Positions 37,031 through 46,561 of a DNA stretch of 64,000 bases are shown here, piece by piece. The notes under the pieces were generated by a model. The model made no database searches. It worked only from the letters and a program-made list of their open reading frames with translations, and was not told the origin of the DNA. This stretch comes from Rubripirellula sp. (lineage in GTDB: Bacteria; Planctomycetota; Planctomycetia; Pirellulales; Pirellulaceae). The stretch is taken from NCBI GenBank assembly GCA_965216875.1, contig OZ244207.1, positions 6,624,001 through 6,688,000 of the forward strand, in the 5' to 3' direction. Numbering within the stretch: position 1 is the first letter of the stretch; each line of letters starts with the position of its first letter. A program made the translations under genes and the position numbers.

Positions 37031-39670
37031 TTACTTGGCGCGGAACATTTCGCTTTGAACGACGGCGTGAATGAGTGAGCGGACGCCATGTCCCGAGTCG
37101 CGTGTCTGGTCGAGTATTTGCTCGATCTCCTCACGATCGGCGAACGTGATCGGCGCTCCGGTCGCATAGACAACGAGTTTCTCAACCAAGTTTCGGGCGA
37201 TTTGATCTTCGTCTTCGAGCAGCAACCTTTTGAATTCGCGAATGTCTTGAAAACGCCGGCCGTCGGAGAACTTATCGGAGGCATCGACGGGAAGACCTTG
37301 CTTGAATTTTTTCGGCAAAGGCTGGTTGGGAAGGTAGTTGACCTTGATGTCAGCCGTTTCCGGATCGATCGCGCGATAGTGTTCGCGCCAACCGCCGATG
37401 ACGTCAAAATTCTCGAGTGCCACGCCCGGTGGGTCGATCTTGGCATGGCAGCTCGCGCAACTGGCGACCTTGCGATGTTGCTTGAGTTGTTGACGCACCG
37501 TCGTAGCACCCCGAATGTCAGGCTCGATCGCGGGGATTCCAGGCGGCGGCGGACTTGCCGGTGTTCCCATGATGCGTTCGAGAACCCAAACACCGCGTAC
37601 CACCGGCGACGTTGTTGTGCCATTGGCGGTAACCTTCAGCACGCTTGCTTGCGTCAACAAACCGCCACGTATCGAATCTTTGGGCAACGCAACTTTGCGA
37701 AAGGTCATGTTGTCAATTCCCGCGATTCCATAGTGCTCGGCGAGACGCTGATTGAGGACCAGAAAATCGGAATCGACGATGTTCCTTGTGCTTAGGTCAT
37801 GGTCGACCAGTTCGCGAAAAAAACGTTGCGTTTCTTCGGCGAGAGACCATTGCAGCACCGGATCATGTTCGGGATAGAGATCCGAATCAGGCGATGTGAA
37901 ATCGAGCTGCCGCAAGTCGAGCCATTGTCCCAAAAAGTTCTTGATGAATCGATTCGATTTGGGGTCATGAAGCATCCGTTCAACCTGTCGATGCAATTCA
38001 TCTCGGTCTTCGGACAATGCGAGGTTCTTTAATTCATCATCCGGAATGCTGTTCCACAAAAAGAAGGAGAGTCGCTCGGCAAGTGCGACGTCTGTCAGGG
38101 TTTGGGATTCGGGAGTCGATTGAGACTTTGGGAGACTCGATTGGTGATAAAGGAAGCCGGGCGATGTCAAAATGGCTTTGTAGCCTGCTCGCATTGCGGT
38201 ATGGAAATCGTCGCCATCGTCGAGCCAGCCGTGCACGAGTCGTTCAAACGGTAGCGTTTCGCTTTCTTGGATGGGACGGCGATAAGCGAGCGGCAGGAAT
38301 TGCTGTAACAGACGTGATGCATCCCCTTTGGGGTCCTGCGAAACCAACTGCATCGTTGGGTGTAGCGGGTCGCCAATTCGGGCCCGGCGATAGATTTTCT
38401 CGCCACCGGCTTCTTGTTTGGGGTCATAAACCCACTGACCGCCCGTCTCTTTGTTTCGCTTGTTTTTTGCGATTCGCGTTAGCTTTGGCTTGGCAACATC
38501 CGAAGGCGGCTGCGTCAGGTGTTCGTTGGGATCACGATTGGGTTTGGCGTCTTGAATCGGCCGGGTCTCGATGTCGCTCCAGAGTTGTTGGTGAGATTGC
38601 GGCGGCCATTGATTGATGATCGGTCCATCGACTTCGACCCACTGCACCACCACACCAGGACCCCGAAAATCCTTTTGTCGTTCTTTCAGACTTGGAATGA
38701 AACGCATGTAGGGAAGCGACGAAGGGTAGATTCGAAAGAACTGCCCGCGAACGAGCTGTTGTTCGAATTCAAAAACCTGAGGCTCTCCCGGGTAGGTGCT
38801 GACATGACCGAGTAACGTCTTGGGGACATCGTCCTTTTCGCTGTGTCCTGGACCACCCGTGCGAATCGTCAACGTGATCGGTTCTTCGCTTCGCAATGCG
38901 TAGGCCGATACGCGGACTCGGTAGGTTCCTGAATGCGGGATCGTGAAATGATCGAGAACGGCGTTGAGGTGTGCGTGCTTTTCCGGCGCAAAGAAGACCA
39001 CGCCATCAGGCAAAATGTGGAACGGCCCGCTCCGCCGATACTCCTGCATGATGCCATTGGTATCGCGGTAATCGAGCTTCCACTTCTTTCGCTCGGGCTT
39101 TTCGTAAAGCATCGTGGCTTGGTCCAAGACGCCGTCCAACGCATCAAGGTACGCTTCCATCTGAACCGACGACACATTCAGCGCCGACCCGACCGTATCG
39201 AACCCGTCTTTCTTGGCATCGGCGGGAAGCTGTTCTTGAATGCGCAGTGGAAGCTGCAACAGATCGCTGAGCGCTGTTTCGTATTCAACACGATTCAGAC
39301 GTCGGACAACACCGCGTCCCTCGCGCCGCTGAGAATCGCGGACCGCTGTTGCAATCGGATTTGAAATCGCAGCAAGGAATGCGTCTCGGTCCCCGGTCTC
39401 GAGCTCGGTGTGATCCTTCGGAGGCATTTCGCCGTTCGCCACGCGGTCGTGAATCTTGATCCATTTGCCGCGCGTCTCGGGGTCGTCGAGACGGAACGAG
39501 AGGGCATCGAGATCGAGACCTGCTTCGGCATCGGTTCCCAGGTGGCACTCGACGCAATGCGATTCAATGAATTTGTCGCGACGAAGGGGAACGCGATCAT
39601 CGGCCGCCAGCGGCGACGACAGCAGCATGACCACCAGGAGTGTCGAGAATGGTCGATCAAACGGTTTCAT
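37031..39670 (-). CDS. DUF1592/DUF1588-type planctomycete diheme cytochrome-c-like protein, pair 1
   Basis: Signal peptide; CVECH...EMPP; RRLNRVEY; LAERLSFFLWNSIPD; RGGLLTQ; TSPVVRGVWV; CASCHAKIDPPG. Confidence 0.9.
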   Translation of the reverse strand: MKPFDRPFSTLLVVMLLSSPLAADDRVPLRRDKFIESHCVECHLGTDAEAGLDLDALSFRLDDPETRGKWIKIHDRVANGEMPPKDHTELETGDRDAFLAAISNPIATAVRDSQRREGRGVVRRLNRVEYETALSDLLQLPLRIQEQLPADAKKDGFDTVGSALNVSSVQMEAYLDALDGVLDQATMLYEKPERKKWKLDYRDTNGIMQEYRRSGPFHILPDGVVFFAPEKHAHLNAVLDHFTIPHSGTYRVRVSAYALRSEEPITLTIRTGGPGHSEKDDVPKTLLGHVSTYPGEPQVFEFEQQLVRGQFFRIYPSSLPYMRFIPSLKERQKDFRGPGVVVQWVEVDGPIINQWPPQSHQQLWSDIETRPIQDAKPNRDPNEHLTQPPSDVAKPKLTRIAKNKRNKETGGQWVYDPKQEAGGEKIYRRARIGDPLHPTMQLVSQDPKGDASRLLQQFLPLAYRRPIQESETLPFERLVHGWLDDGDDFHTAMRAGYKAILTSPGFLYHQSSLPKSQSTPESQTLTDVALAERLSFFLWNSIPDDELKNLALSEDRDELHRQVERMLHDPKSNRFIKNFLGQWLDLRQLDFTSPDSDLYPEHDPVLQWSLAEETQRFFRELVDHDLSTRNIVDSDFLVLNQRLAEHYGIAGIDNMTFRKVALPKDSIRGGLLTQASVLKVTANGTTTSPVVRGVWVLERIMGTPASPPPPGIPAIEPDIRGATTVRQQLKQHRKVASCASCHAKIDPPGVALENFDVIGGWREHYRAIDPETADIKVNYLPNQPLPKKFKQGLPVDASDKFSDGRRFQDIREFKRLLLEDEDQIARNLVEKLVVYATGAPITFADREEIEQILDQTRDSGHGVRSLIHAVVQSEMFRAK

Positions 39671-39984
39671 TTACCAGTCGGGGCGAGGAGTGTTTGCCAA
39701 ACGTTAGATTCTCGATCAGATAGCAGGCGAATGCGAATCGTTACCCGAATTATTGATCGATCGACGAATTGTAAGGACTTGAAGGCCTCACACGGAGGTC
39801 GCGCGGACCGAAAACAGGCCGGATCGCCGGAGATGTTGCGAAAACCCCGGCGGCTTCAGCGACGACGGCTCACCATCCAGTCCGCAGAGGTGTACGATTG
39901 GACCAACCAAAAACACAGCTGGGCAGGATTGGCCCCAGATTCGGAGCCTAGGCGGCGGCTCGACCACATTTCACCGGGAAACGA

Positions 39985-40365
39985 ATGCCGTTTGAAATCA
40001 CACTTGATGCAGAAGAAGATTGGGTGCGTCTCACGCCGGTGGGCGATGTCAACGTCGCCAGCATCCTTGAACTTGGTGAAGAGATCCGTCGACGTTGCGC
40101 GGATTTGGGGCTCAACACCGTCTTGCTCGATTGCGCTGGTATGACCGGGGCGCTGACGGTTGCCGAGCTCTATAGCACGACACCAAAGTTTGTGAACACC
40201 ATCGGCCCGTCGATCAGTGTGGCTTACATCAACATGCCTTCCGAGTGGTTGCCCGAAGACGACCAGTTCAGTCGCAACGTGGCCTACAACCGTGGTGGTT
40301 CGCTAGAAATGTTCTTGACCGAAGACGAAGCACTCGAATGGCTTCGTAGTCGCAGTCATCGCTGA
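39985..40365 (+). CDS. STAS/SpoIIAA-like domain protein
   Basis: 126 aa; VRLTPVGDV...VLLDCAGM...LEMFLTEDEALEWL, matching the typical F-x-x-x-x-EA-x-x-WL ending. Confidence 0.7.
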   Translation: MPFEITLDAEEDWVRLTPVGDVNVASILELGEEIRRRCADLGLNTVLLDCAGMTGALTVAELYSTTPKFVNTIGPSISVAYINMPSEWLPEDDQFSRNVAYNRGGSLEMFLTEDEALEWLRSRSHR

Positions 40366-40877
40366 AGCGATTCGACCGCTATCTTCGATGGCGGCCCCAC
40401 AAAGACTGCGACATAGGCGATGGTCTCCTGCTTGCCGTGACCGACGCGGATGATACGGCGACTTCCGATTTCGAAAGGAACGAATTCGCCACGCAAGTCG
40501 GCGCCCGCGGGTGTCCAGCCATTGAGGGCAATCTCGATGTTGCCATTTTCCTTTTCACCGAGCGATCCGCCGACAGGACAGCCCCAGCCCTTTCCGTCGA
40601 CCATCGCATTCCAAACCGACACGGAATGGTTTTGGTTCGCATCAAGTTCAACCCACTCGGTAACGGCCCGCGACTGGTCGACACCACGCTTGTCTAATCG
40701 TGCTGCGATCCAAGACTCGATCGACGGCCCTTTGGTTTGCTCGGGGCCTGCTTCCGGTAGGATCACTTTCACGTAGACCGAGCCGGGAGGCTGAGGTTGG
40801 TCTCCACCGTCGTCGGACTGCGCCAAATGGGAAGTGATCATGAGGCTGCACAGAAATCCTAAAGCTCGAAAAAACAT
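40356..40877 (-). CDS. Secreted hypothetical protein
   Basis: 173 aa; Sec-like signal MFFRALGFLCSLMITSHLAQS; upstream GAGGA; overlaps the convergent gene by 10 nt. Confidence 0.6.
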   Translation of the reverse strand: MFFRALGFLCSLMITSHLAQSDDGGDQPQPPGSVYVKVILPEAGPEQTKGPSIESWIAARLDKRGVDQSRAVTEWVELDANQNHSVSVWNAMVDGKGWGCPVGGSLGEKENGNIEIALNGWTPAGADLRGEFVPFEIGSRRIIRVGHGKQETIAYVAVFVGPPSKIAVESLQR

Positions 40878-41379
40878 CGATGGTTCGTCCTCGAATCCGG
40901 GGTGAGAAGAGTTGCTCAGGACACGCGATAGGAAGCCAACGAAACTCTTCAGGTTTTATTAGGGGCAGGCCCGGCCGCTTACGCGATCACGGCTCAGTTG
41001 TGGAATCACGATTCAAATTTGTCACGGAACGGTCGCCATAGCGTGGTGTGTGAACGTGGACGCGGCGTGGGGTGAAGCTGATTTGGCACACTGGATGCAG
41101 CTATAGAACTTGTGTGAGTGCCCCGTTCGCACCGCACCCACGAGATGGAGGCCAAGCCGAAAAACCGCGTGGTTTCAGCAGTCTATGGCGTTGATCGCAG
41201 GGATCACCTTTGATCAATCGACAAGCGTCGTTGCTTGGAAATCGGGCAACTGCGGCCGCTGGACTTGTACTTGGATCCAAAAACCAAACCCTTTTCAACT
41301 TTTTTGATGACGGCCACCGACTCTGCACCGATCGTCCTCGACCCGCGACCCTTGCGAGTTTGCAGGTGAGCGTTGGCGC

Positions 41380-42477
41380 ATGACCGGATCACGAGAACCG
41401 CGACGACGCGTGTCGGCACCGTTTCGAAAGATTTTTATCGGTGTCACCCTCTTTCTGCTGATCTGTTTGGTCGCAGTGATTGGCTACATGGCAGCCGGAT
41501 GGAGTCTCGCCGATTCGGTCTACATGGTGATCATCACGATCTTTGGTGTCGGTTACGGCGAAGTTCAACCTGTCCAATCACCCGTTCTTCGTGCTCTGAC
41601 GATCTGGGTGATCATTTCGGGATATGCAGCGGTGATCTACACCGTGGGTGGGTTCATGCAAATGTTGATCGATGGTGAGCTGAACAATGCACTTGGAGCA
41701 AGAAAGATGACCCGCGAGATTGAACGATTGAGCAACCATACGATCATCTGTGGCGTTGGCCGAATGGGGACGATCTTGGCCAAAGAGCTTCAAGCCAGTG
41801 ACAAGCCATTTGTCGTGATCGACAACGATCCATTGCGAGTGCAGGAAGCCCAGCATCGAGGCTATCTCGCCATTCAAGGGGATGCGACCGAAGAATTTGT
41901 GTTGGACCAGGCCGGCATCGAGCGCGCAGCGGTGGTCGCGACCGTCCTTGCCGATGACGCACCCAACGTTTTTATTACCGTTACCGCTCGCGAGATGAAT
42001 AGCGACGTGATCATCATCGCGCGCGGCGAAAACCCGCGGACTGAAAAAAAGTTGCTCGGGTGTGGCGCCGACAAAGTCGTTTTGCCGACGGCGATTGGGG
42101 CAACCAAAATGGCACACCTGATCGTTCGCCCCAGCGCCGAGAACTTGCTAGAAGAGATCGCGCATCAATCAAGTTTGAATGACGAACTCGGCCAAATCGG
42201 TTTGCACTTTCATGACCTTGCCGTCGTCGACGGTTCTCCACTGGTCGGTCGGCCGCTCGGCGACATCGAACTCAAAAGCAACCATGGTTTCTTGATTGTC
42301 GGCATCCGTCGCGCCGACGGAACCACCATCGTCAATCCGGCCAGTGATTCGAAACTCGCCGATGGAGACCAAGTCATCGTGCTTGGCCATGAACAGGATA
42401 TCCCGCAACTCGCCAAGAAGTTCACGACCCCCGGTCAACAATTGATGTACCGCGGCGTGAAGTTGCCGGCATCCTAG
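41380..42477 (+). CDS. Two-TM potassium channel with TrkA-N/TrkA-C (RCK) domains
   Basis: TM1, pore TIFGVGYGE, TM2, HTIICGVGRMG Rossmann, GDAT, GADKVV, and a C-terminal TrkA-C domain. Confidence 0.92.
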   Translation: MTGSREPRRRVSAPFRKIFIGVTLFLLICLVAVIGYMAAGWSLADSVYMVIITIFGVGYGEVQPVQSPVLRALTIWVIISGYAAVIYTVGGFMQMLIDGELNNALGARKMTREIERLSNHTIICGVGRMGTILAKELQASDKPFVVIDNDPLRVQEAQHRGYLAIQGDATEEFVLDQAGIERAAVVATVLADDAPNVFITVTAREMNSDVIIIARGENPRTEKKLLGCGADKVVLPTAIGATKMAHLIVRPSAENLLEEIAHQSSLNDELGQIGLHFHDLAVVDGSPLVGRPLGDIELKSNHGFLIVGIRRADGTTIVNPASDSKLADGDQVIVLGHEQDIPQLAKKFTTPGQQLMYRGVKLPAS

Positions 42478-42491
42478 CTGCAACGAGATCC

Positions 42492-42824
42492 CTATTTTGC
42501 TGGCAGTGTTCGAGCGTACTTCACTCCGCGCTCGATCCATGCTTTGAGGTCTTCGTCGGACTCGATGCCGGCAGGATCCACGCGCGCCCAGCCCTTCATC
42601 ACCTTGCCGGTGATGTCCATCGGTTGGGCATGGGGAAGCGCTTGGGTCTGGTCGTGGTTGGCTTTGTCCAGCCGCACGATCAGTGACCCTTTCCATGGTC
42701 CAACACACATGTTGCCGTTGATCATGAACGCGATTCCGCCGAACATTTTTTGTTCCGAGTAACCTTTGCGGCGTTTCATCATCGGGCGGATTCGGGCGAC
42801 CAAGGCTTCATCGTCTTCGGTCAT
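42492..42824 (-). CDS. TfoX N-terminal domain protein
   Basis: EQKMFGGIAFMINGNMCVG...LIVR...PMDITGKVMKGW; AGGAG upstream. Confidence 0.85.
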   Translation of the reverse strand: MTEDDEALVARIRPMMKRRKGYSEQKMFGGIAFMINGNMCVGPWKGSLIVRLDKANHDQTQALPHAQPMDITGKVMKGWARVDPAGIESDEDLKAWIERGVKYARTLPAK

Positions 42825-42894
42825 GTTGGGCTCCTAGGGGCGGGAACTCGTTGATGCATGGACAAGATTGGCACGAAGGATGCACTGATATTGA

Positions 42895-43224
42895 ATGACT
42901 TATCAGATTCACTGTGAAGGACGCACCACGATGCCAGCGATATTGGAAACATCTCAGCCAGCCATTTCGAGTGACAATTGGTTCGAAGATGCGACCAACG
43001 CAGCACAAGCATCCGCTGATGAAGAGGTAGTGGTCGATATCTCTTCGTTAGTTCGCGTACATAGCGCGGACCTTGATCGGATGATTCGGATGCACCTCTC
43101 TCTCAAGCATGAGGGGCGACGTTTGGTCTTTAAGCACGCGCAACATCAAGTGCACCAAACCTTTACGATCACCCGCCTCGATCGATTGATCGAAATGCGC
43201 GATCCGCAATCACCCGACGCCTAG
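42895..43224 (+). CDS. STAS domain protein (anti-sigma-factor-antagonist-like)
   Basis: VVVDISSLVRVHSADL...GRRLVF...VHQTFTITRLDRLI; start may be ATG 42931. Confidence 0.75.
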   Translation: MTYQIHCEGRTTMPAILETSQPAISSDNWFEDATNAAQASADEEVVVDISSLVRVHSADLDRMIRMHLSLKHEGRRLVFKHAQHQVHQTFTITRLDRLIEMRDPQSPDA

Positions 43225-43365
43225 ACGCGCCAGGATAAAGGTACTTACCTGCCTACGAAACGCTCACTGTGCGCGCACGCTGTGCAGTTTGCGCAATAAC
43301 GACGAAGTTGCACCGTCTTCAGTGGCAGAAAATTTCGAAATTTTTTGCGCTGAACGCGATGTGTA

Positions 43366-44310
43366 TCACAGCCCTCGTTTCTGCATCCAAGCGTTGATCG
43401 CCTTGCCGATCGCGTCGGGCTGATCTTCTTGCATGAAGTGACCACCTTTGCCGACAGGTTGGATGTCAACATTGCTCAAGTTTGTTCTGATCCAGTCGAC
43501 TTGCCGTTGATGTCCAACCACTGCATGACTGATCGTCAGTATCAGCTTGGGGTGGCTCGATCGCGTGAGACCTCTTAGGTACGCGGCTTGAACATCATGC
43601 GATGCTTTGGGCGAGCCGCTGATTGGGAAGTCGACCCAAAGTGACATCAGGGTTCTGCGTTGCTCTTTGGTTTTGAACGGCTCGCGATACGCATCAAGCT
43701 CTGATTGGTCGAGCTCTCTCAGCGTCATGTATTGCAACATGTTTGCGGCTGAGTCTTGGTTCACAGTCATCTCGACCAGGAACTCAGGTTCTTCGCGAAT
43801 GCGTTTCATGTAGTCGGCAGCTTCAGGTTCCATGTTCTCCCACGTATCTTGCAACAACATTGACTCCATGCAAACGATCGCTTTGATTTTGTCTTGATGA
43901 TTCATCGCATAGTTGAGTCCAACAAACGATCCCATGTCGTGGACAACTAACGTGATTTCTTTGAGGCCGAGCGAATCGATGAATCTATCGAAGTGCTTGG
44001 TCTGCACGGCCAACGTGTTTTCGGCATCAGGTTTGTCGGACCGTCCAAAGCCGATCAAATCAACTGCGATGACGCGGCCACGGTCTTCCAGGTGTGGAAC
44101 AACGTTTCGCCAGAGATAGGACCACGAAGGGATACCGTGGACCAAAACAATCGGATCGCCATCACCTCCGGTGTCGACATAGTGCATCTTTGCACCATGC
44201 ACCTCGACGTAGGACGATTCGTAGTTGCTTCCGGTCCAAGCAACGGATTGCGATTTCGCCTGAGAGCTCAGGAGTAAGAGAGCTGCAAGAATTGTGACGG
44301 TGCGCCCCAT
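43366..44310 (-). CDS. Secreted haloalkane-dehalogenase-like alpha/beta hydrolase with atypical halide-binding residues
   Basis: MHYVDTG, HGIPSWSYLWRN, DLIGFGRSDKP, VHDMGS, CMES, GHFMQEDQP; signal peptide MGRTVTILAALLLLSSQAKS. Confidence 0.85.
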   Translation of the reverse strand: MGRTVTILAALLLLSSQAKSQSVAWTGSNYESSYVEVHGAKMHYVDTGGDGDPIVLVHGIPSWSYLWRNVVPHLEDRGRVIAVDLIGFGRSDKPDAENTLAVQTKHFDRFIDSLGLKEITLVVHDMGSFVGLNYAMNHQDKIKAIVCMESMLLQDTWENMEPEAADYMKRIREEPEFLVEMTVNQDSAANMLQYMTLRELDQSELDAYREPFKTKEQRRTLMSLWVDFPISGSPKASHDVQAAYLRGLTRSSHPKLILTISHAVVGHQRQVDWIRTNLSNVDIQPVGKGGHFMQEDQPDAIGKAINAWMQKRGL

Positions 44311-44401
44311 GACTTTATCCACGACAATATTCTAGTAACGTGACATCGAGACCATGGCAGGATTGTACTTGAACGATGGGCGCTGGCCGTGTCGCAAAAC
44401 G

Positions 44402-46180
44402 CTAGTCAATGACCTTGATTTGGACGGACGACGTGTATAGCAGCGGTGTTGGTCCATCCTTACTGACAGCAAACGGAATGTAGTCGCTTCCACAGATTGA
44501 TTCAGCGGTCGGGTCGACTTGCATCCAGCCTATCCCATCAAGGTGGACCTCGGCCCACACATGGCCTTCGCTTTCGTGGAGCCATCCGAGTACCTGACGC
44601 GCCGGAATGCCGCTGGCACGACACAAAGTGATAAAGAGATCGGAGAAGTCCCAGCAATGACCGAAGCGTTGCTCAAGGACTTTGTTGACGCCATAACGTG
44701 AACCGACCACCGAGCCTCCAAATCGAACATGGTCGCCCGGCGCGACCCACCGCAAAATCGCCAGCATCTTCTCGCGATCGGACTCCTTTCCCGTCGTGAT
44801 CGTTGTGGCAAGCTCGCGGATCGCCGTATCCTCCGCGGGCCAAACGGTAGTCGCCGACGTCAGTCGCCGCACATCGATCGATTCGGTCTTGAGTACGCCA
44901 CCGGTTTGGCAAGTGATCCTGCCCGTCACGGAAACCCATGGCACCTGCACTCGCTGCGGCAATCTTGCAAACCTGAACTCGGTCACATCGCCGACCTTGG
45001 TCATTGCCGTTGGCTGTGGGACCAACTTCCATTTGGATTGAACGCTTCCGATGCCCGTCGTGCGAAGGCGAAGCGTGGTGTCGAACTGAAACCGTTTTGC
45101 GGTTTCCAAAATCGATGCTTCAACCGACAGGCGTTCGCTGGACCTCGCCGAATTCAATCGCTCATGCCGCAGGAACTGGTTGAAGAGTCTGTTCCAATGC
45201 ATGTCATCGGAAGCAGAAAGTGGAGCGGCGTCGAACTGCACCTGATAGGTAACCCGCCTGGGCTGGAGCCCAAGTTCGTATCGCGCTGTAAGTGCAAGCT
45301 GCATTTGGTCGCGGTTTCGCGCGACCAGTTCGTAGATCGTCTTTCCGCGGCGGCAGACCAGTCGCTTGTTCGCCTTGCCTTGACGCAACTTGGCGTTGGC
45401 GGCATCCGCATCCTGCTCGGTGGCACACTGAATTGTGTTGATCTGAATTGCCCTTCCCTGTTTGACCAGCGTCGTATTGGAAAGTCCCGAAAGGCGGCCT
45501 CCGAGTTTGTTCGAGAACTGCGAAAGTTGTTGCGAAGGAATCGTGCTCGTCTTCTGAAGCGACCAACCCGCAGGCAACGTTTGTGGGAATCGAGGTATCG
45601 GCTCGTCCGCTACGATGGCTTTAGCGCCCAGGAGAATCAGGACAACGAAAGCGATGATCGCAACCAGAGTCAGCAATGGGCGATGCATCCGTTGGCGGAC
45701 TTCGTCGGCAGTGCGGCTCGTGCCAAGCTGGCGAGTAAGGTTCGTGCTTTTGGCGTCGCGAACGATGCGAATGAAACGAATCCATTTGCAGTCGCGGCAA
45801 TAACCCAGCGTGTATTTGTGGAAGGAGCGAGCACCGATTCTGGTGATGCCCAGCTTCGATGCGGGGGCGCTGCGCCCGCATTTCGTACAACAAGCTCGCC
45901 AACCCGGGGCGAGACTTGCAAACCGCGCGTTTATGGGGTCGCCCGAATCGGCGTATTCCTCGGCGATCTGTTCGGGAGAGCCATAGGTTTCCACGAAATG
46001 TGAATAGACTTCGTCGTCACGAAGGTTGGGCTCGGCAAGCATAAGGGCGTCATGGTTCGCTTGCAGGAACTCGCGCGCATCGCCTAGGGCCTCTTCGGGG
46101 ACGACGCCTGCATGTTGCTTCAGCTCGAGTTCAAGGGCTTCGAGATACCTTTGAACGGGAACGCCCAGGACTGACGTCAT
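44402..46180 (-). CDS. HAAS-like domain + Zn-ribbon + TM + extracytoplasmic transglutaminase-like domain protein
   Basis: From ATG 46180: VQRYLEALELEL...YGSPEQIAEEY; CTKC...CRDC; TM LLTLVAIIAFVVLILLG; C-terminal triad GHCWDFS, GHVWAEV, QVDPT. Confidence 0.82.
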   Translation of the reverse strand: MTSVLGVPVQRYLEALELELKQHAGVVPEEALGDAREFLQANHDALMLAEPNLRDDEVYSHFVETYGSPEQIAEEYADSGDPINARFASLAPGWRACCTKCGRSAPASKLGITRIGARSFHKYTLGYCRDCKWIRFIRIVRDAKSTNLTRQLGTSRTADEVRQRMHRPLLTLVAIIAFVVLILLGAKAIVADEPIPRFPQTLPAGWSLQKTSTIPSQQLSQFSNKLGGRLSGLSNTTLVKQGRAIQINTIQCATEQDADAANAKLRQGKANKRLVCRRGKTIYELVARNRDQMQLALTARYELGLQPRRVTYQVQFDAAPLSASDDMHWNRLFNQFLRHERLNSARSSERLSVEASILETAKRFQFDTTLRLRTTGIGSVQSKWKLVPQPTAMTKVGDVTEFRFARLPQRVQVPWVSVTGRITCQTGGVLKTESIDVRRLTSATTVWPAEDTAIRELATTITTGKESDREKMLAILRWVAPGDHVRFGGSVVGSRYGVNKVLEQRFGHCWDFSDLFITLCRASGIPARQVLGWLHESEGHVWAEVHLDGIGWMQVDPTAESICGSDYIPFAVSKDGPTPLLYTSSVQIKVID

Positions 46181-46535
46181 CGTTCGGCTCCAAAAACGAA
46201 TCAACAAACTCTTTCGTGTTTCGCCACGTTTCAGTCCAAAGCCGGAGTGCGGTTCGGCCATCACGAGTGATCTTGTAATACTTTCGTGGCGGACCGCTCG
46301 CCGATGGTTTGACCTCGCTGCTAAGCAACCCCTGCTTTTCAAGCGACCGCAAAACGGGATAGAGGGCTCCTTGGTTCATCGGTAACCCATGTTCCGCCCG
46401 CGACTCAAGCTGCTTGGCAATTTCATACCCGTACATGGCCCGCCGCTCTTGGCGCATCAATCCCAGTAGCACGATCGAAACCGCGCCCGAATTGAGTTCT
46501 TTCTGAAACTTTGACGTCGCTTTGTTTCGTTCCAT
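46131..46535 (-). CDS. PadR-family winged-helix transcriptional regulator
   Basis: MYGYEIAKQL, GALYPVLRSLEKQGLL, GPPRKYYKITRDGR. Confidence 0.92.
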   Translation of the reverse strand: MERNKATSKFQKELNSGAVSIVLLGLMRQERRAMYGYEIAKQLESRAEHGLPMNQGALYPVLRSLEKQGLLSSEVKPSASGPPRKYYKITRDGRTALRLWTETWRNTKEFVDSFLEPNDDVSPGRSRSKVSRSP

Positions 46536-46561
46536 AGATCACCATCTGGACCTGATATGGC

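Noticed and set aside
37030..37623. 205-aa N-terminal extension of the DUF1552 ORF in the track
   Set aside because: It overlaps the upstream DUF1592 gene in another frame; the twin-Arg signal places the start at about 37008.
41060..41100. TGGGGTGAA resembling part of a c-di-AMP (ydaO) riboswitch upstream of a K+ channel
   Set aside because: The other conserved segments of that riboswitch were not found.
42492..42824. TfoX protein as a competence regulator
   Set aside because: Stand-alone N-terminal domain only, with no competence genes nearby.
44729..46003. 424-aa plus-strand ORF
   Set aside because: Antisense to the motif-supported transglutaminase-like gene; no features of its own.
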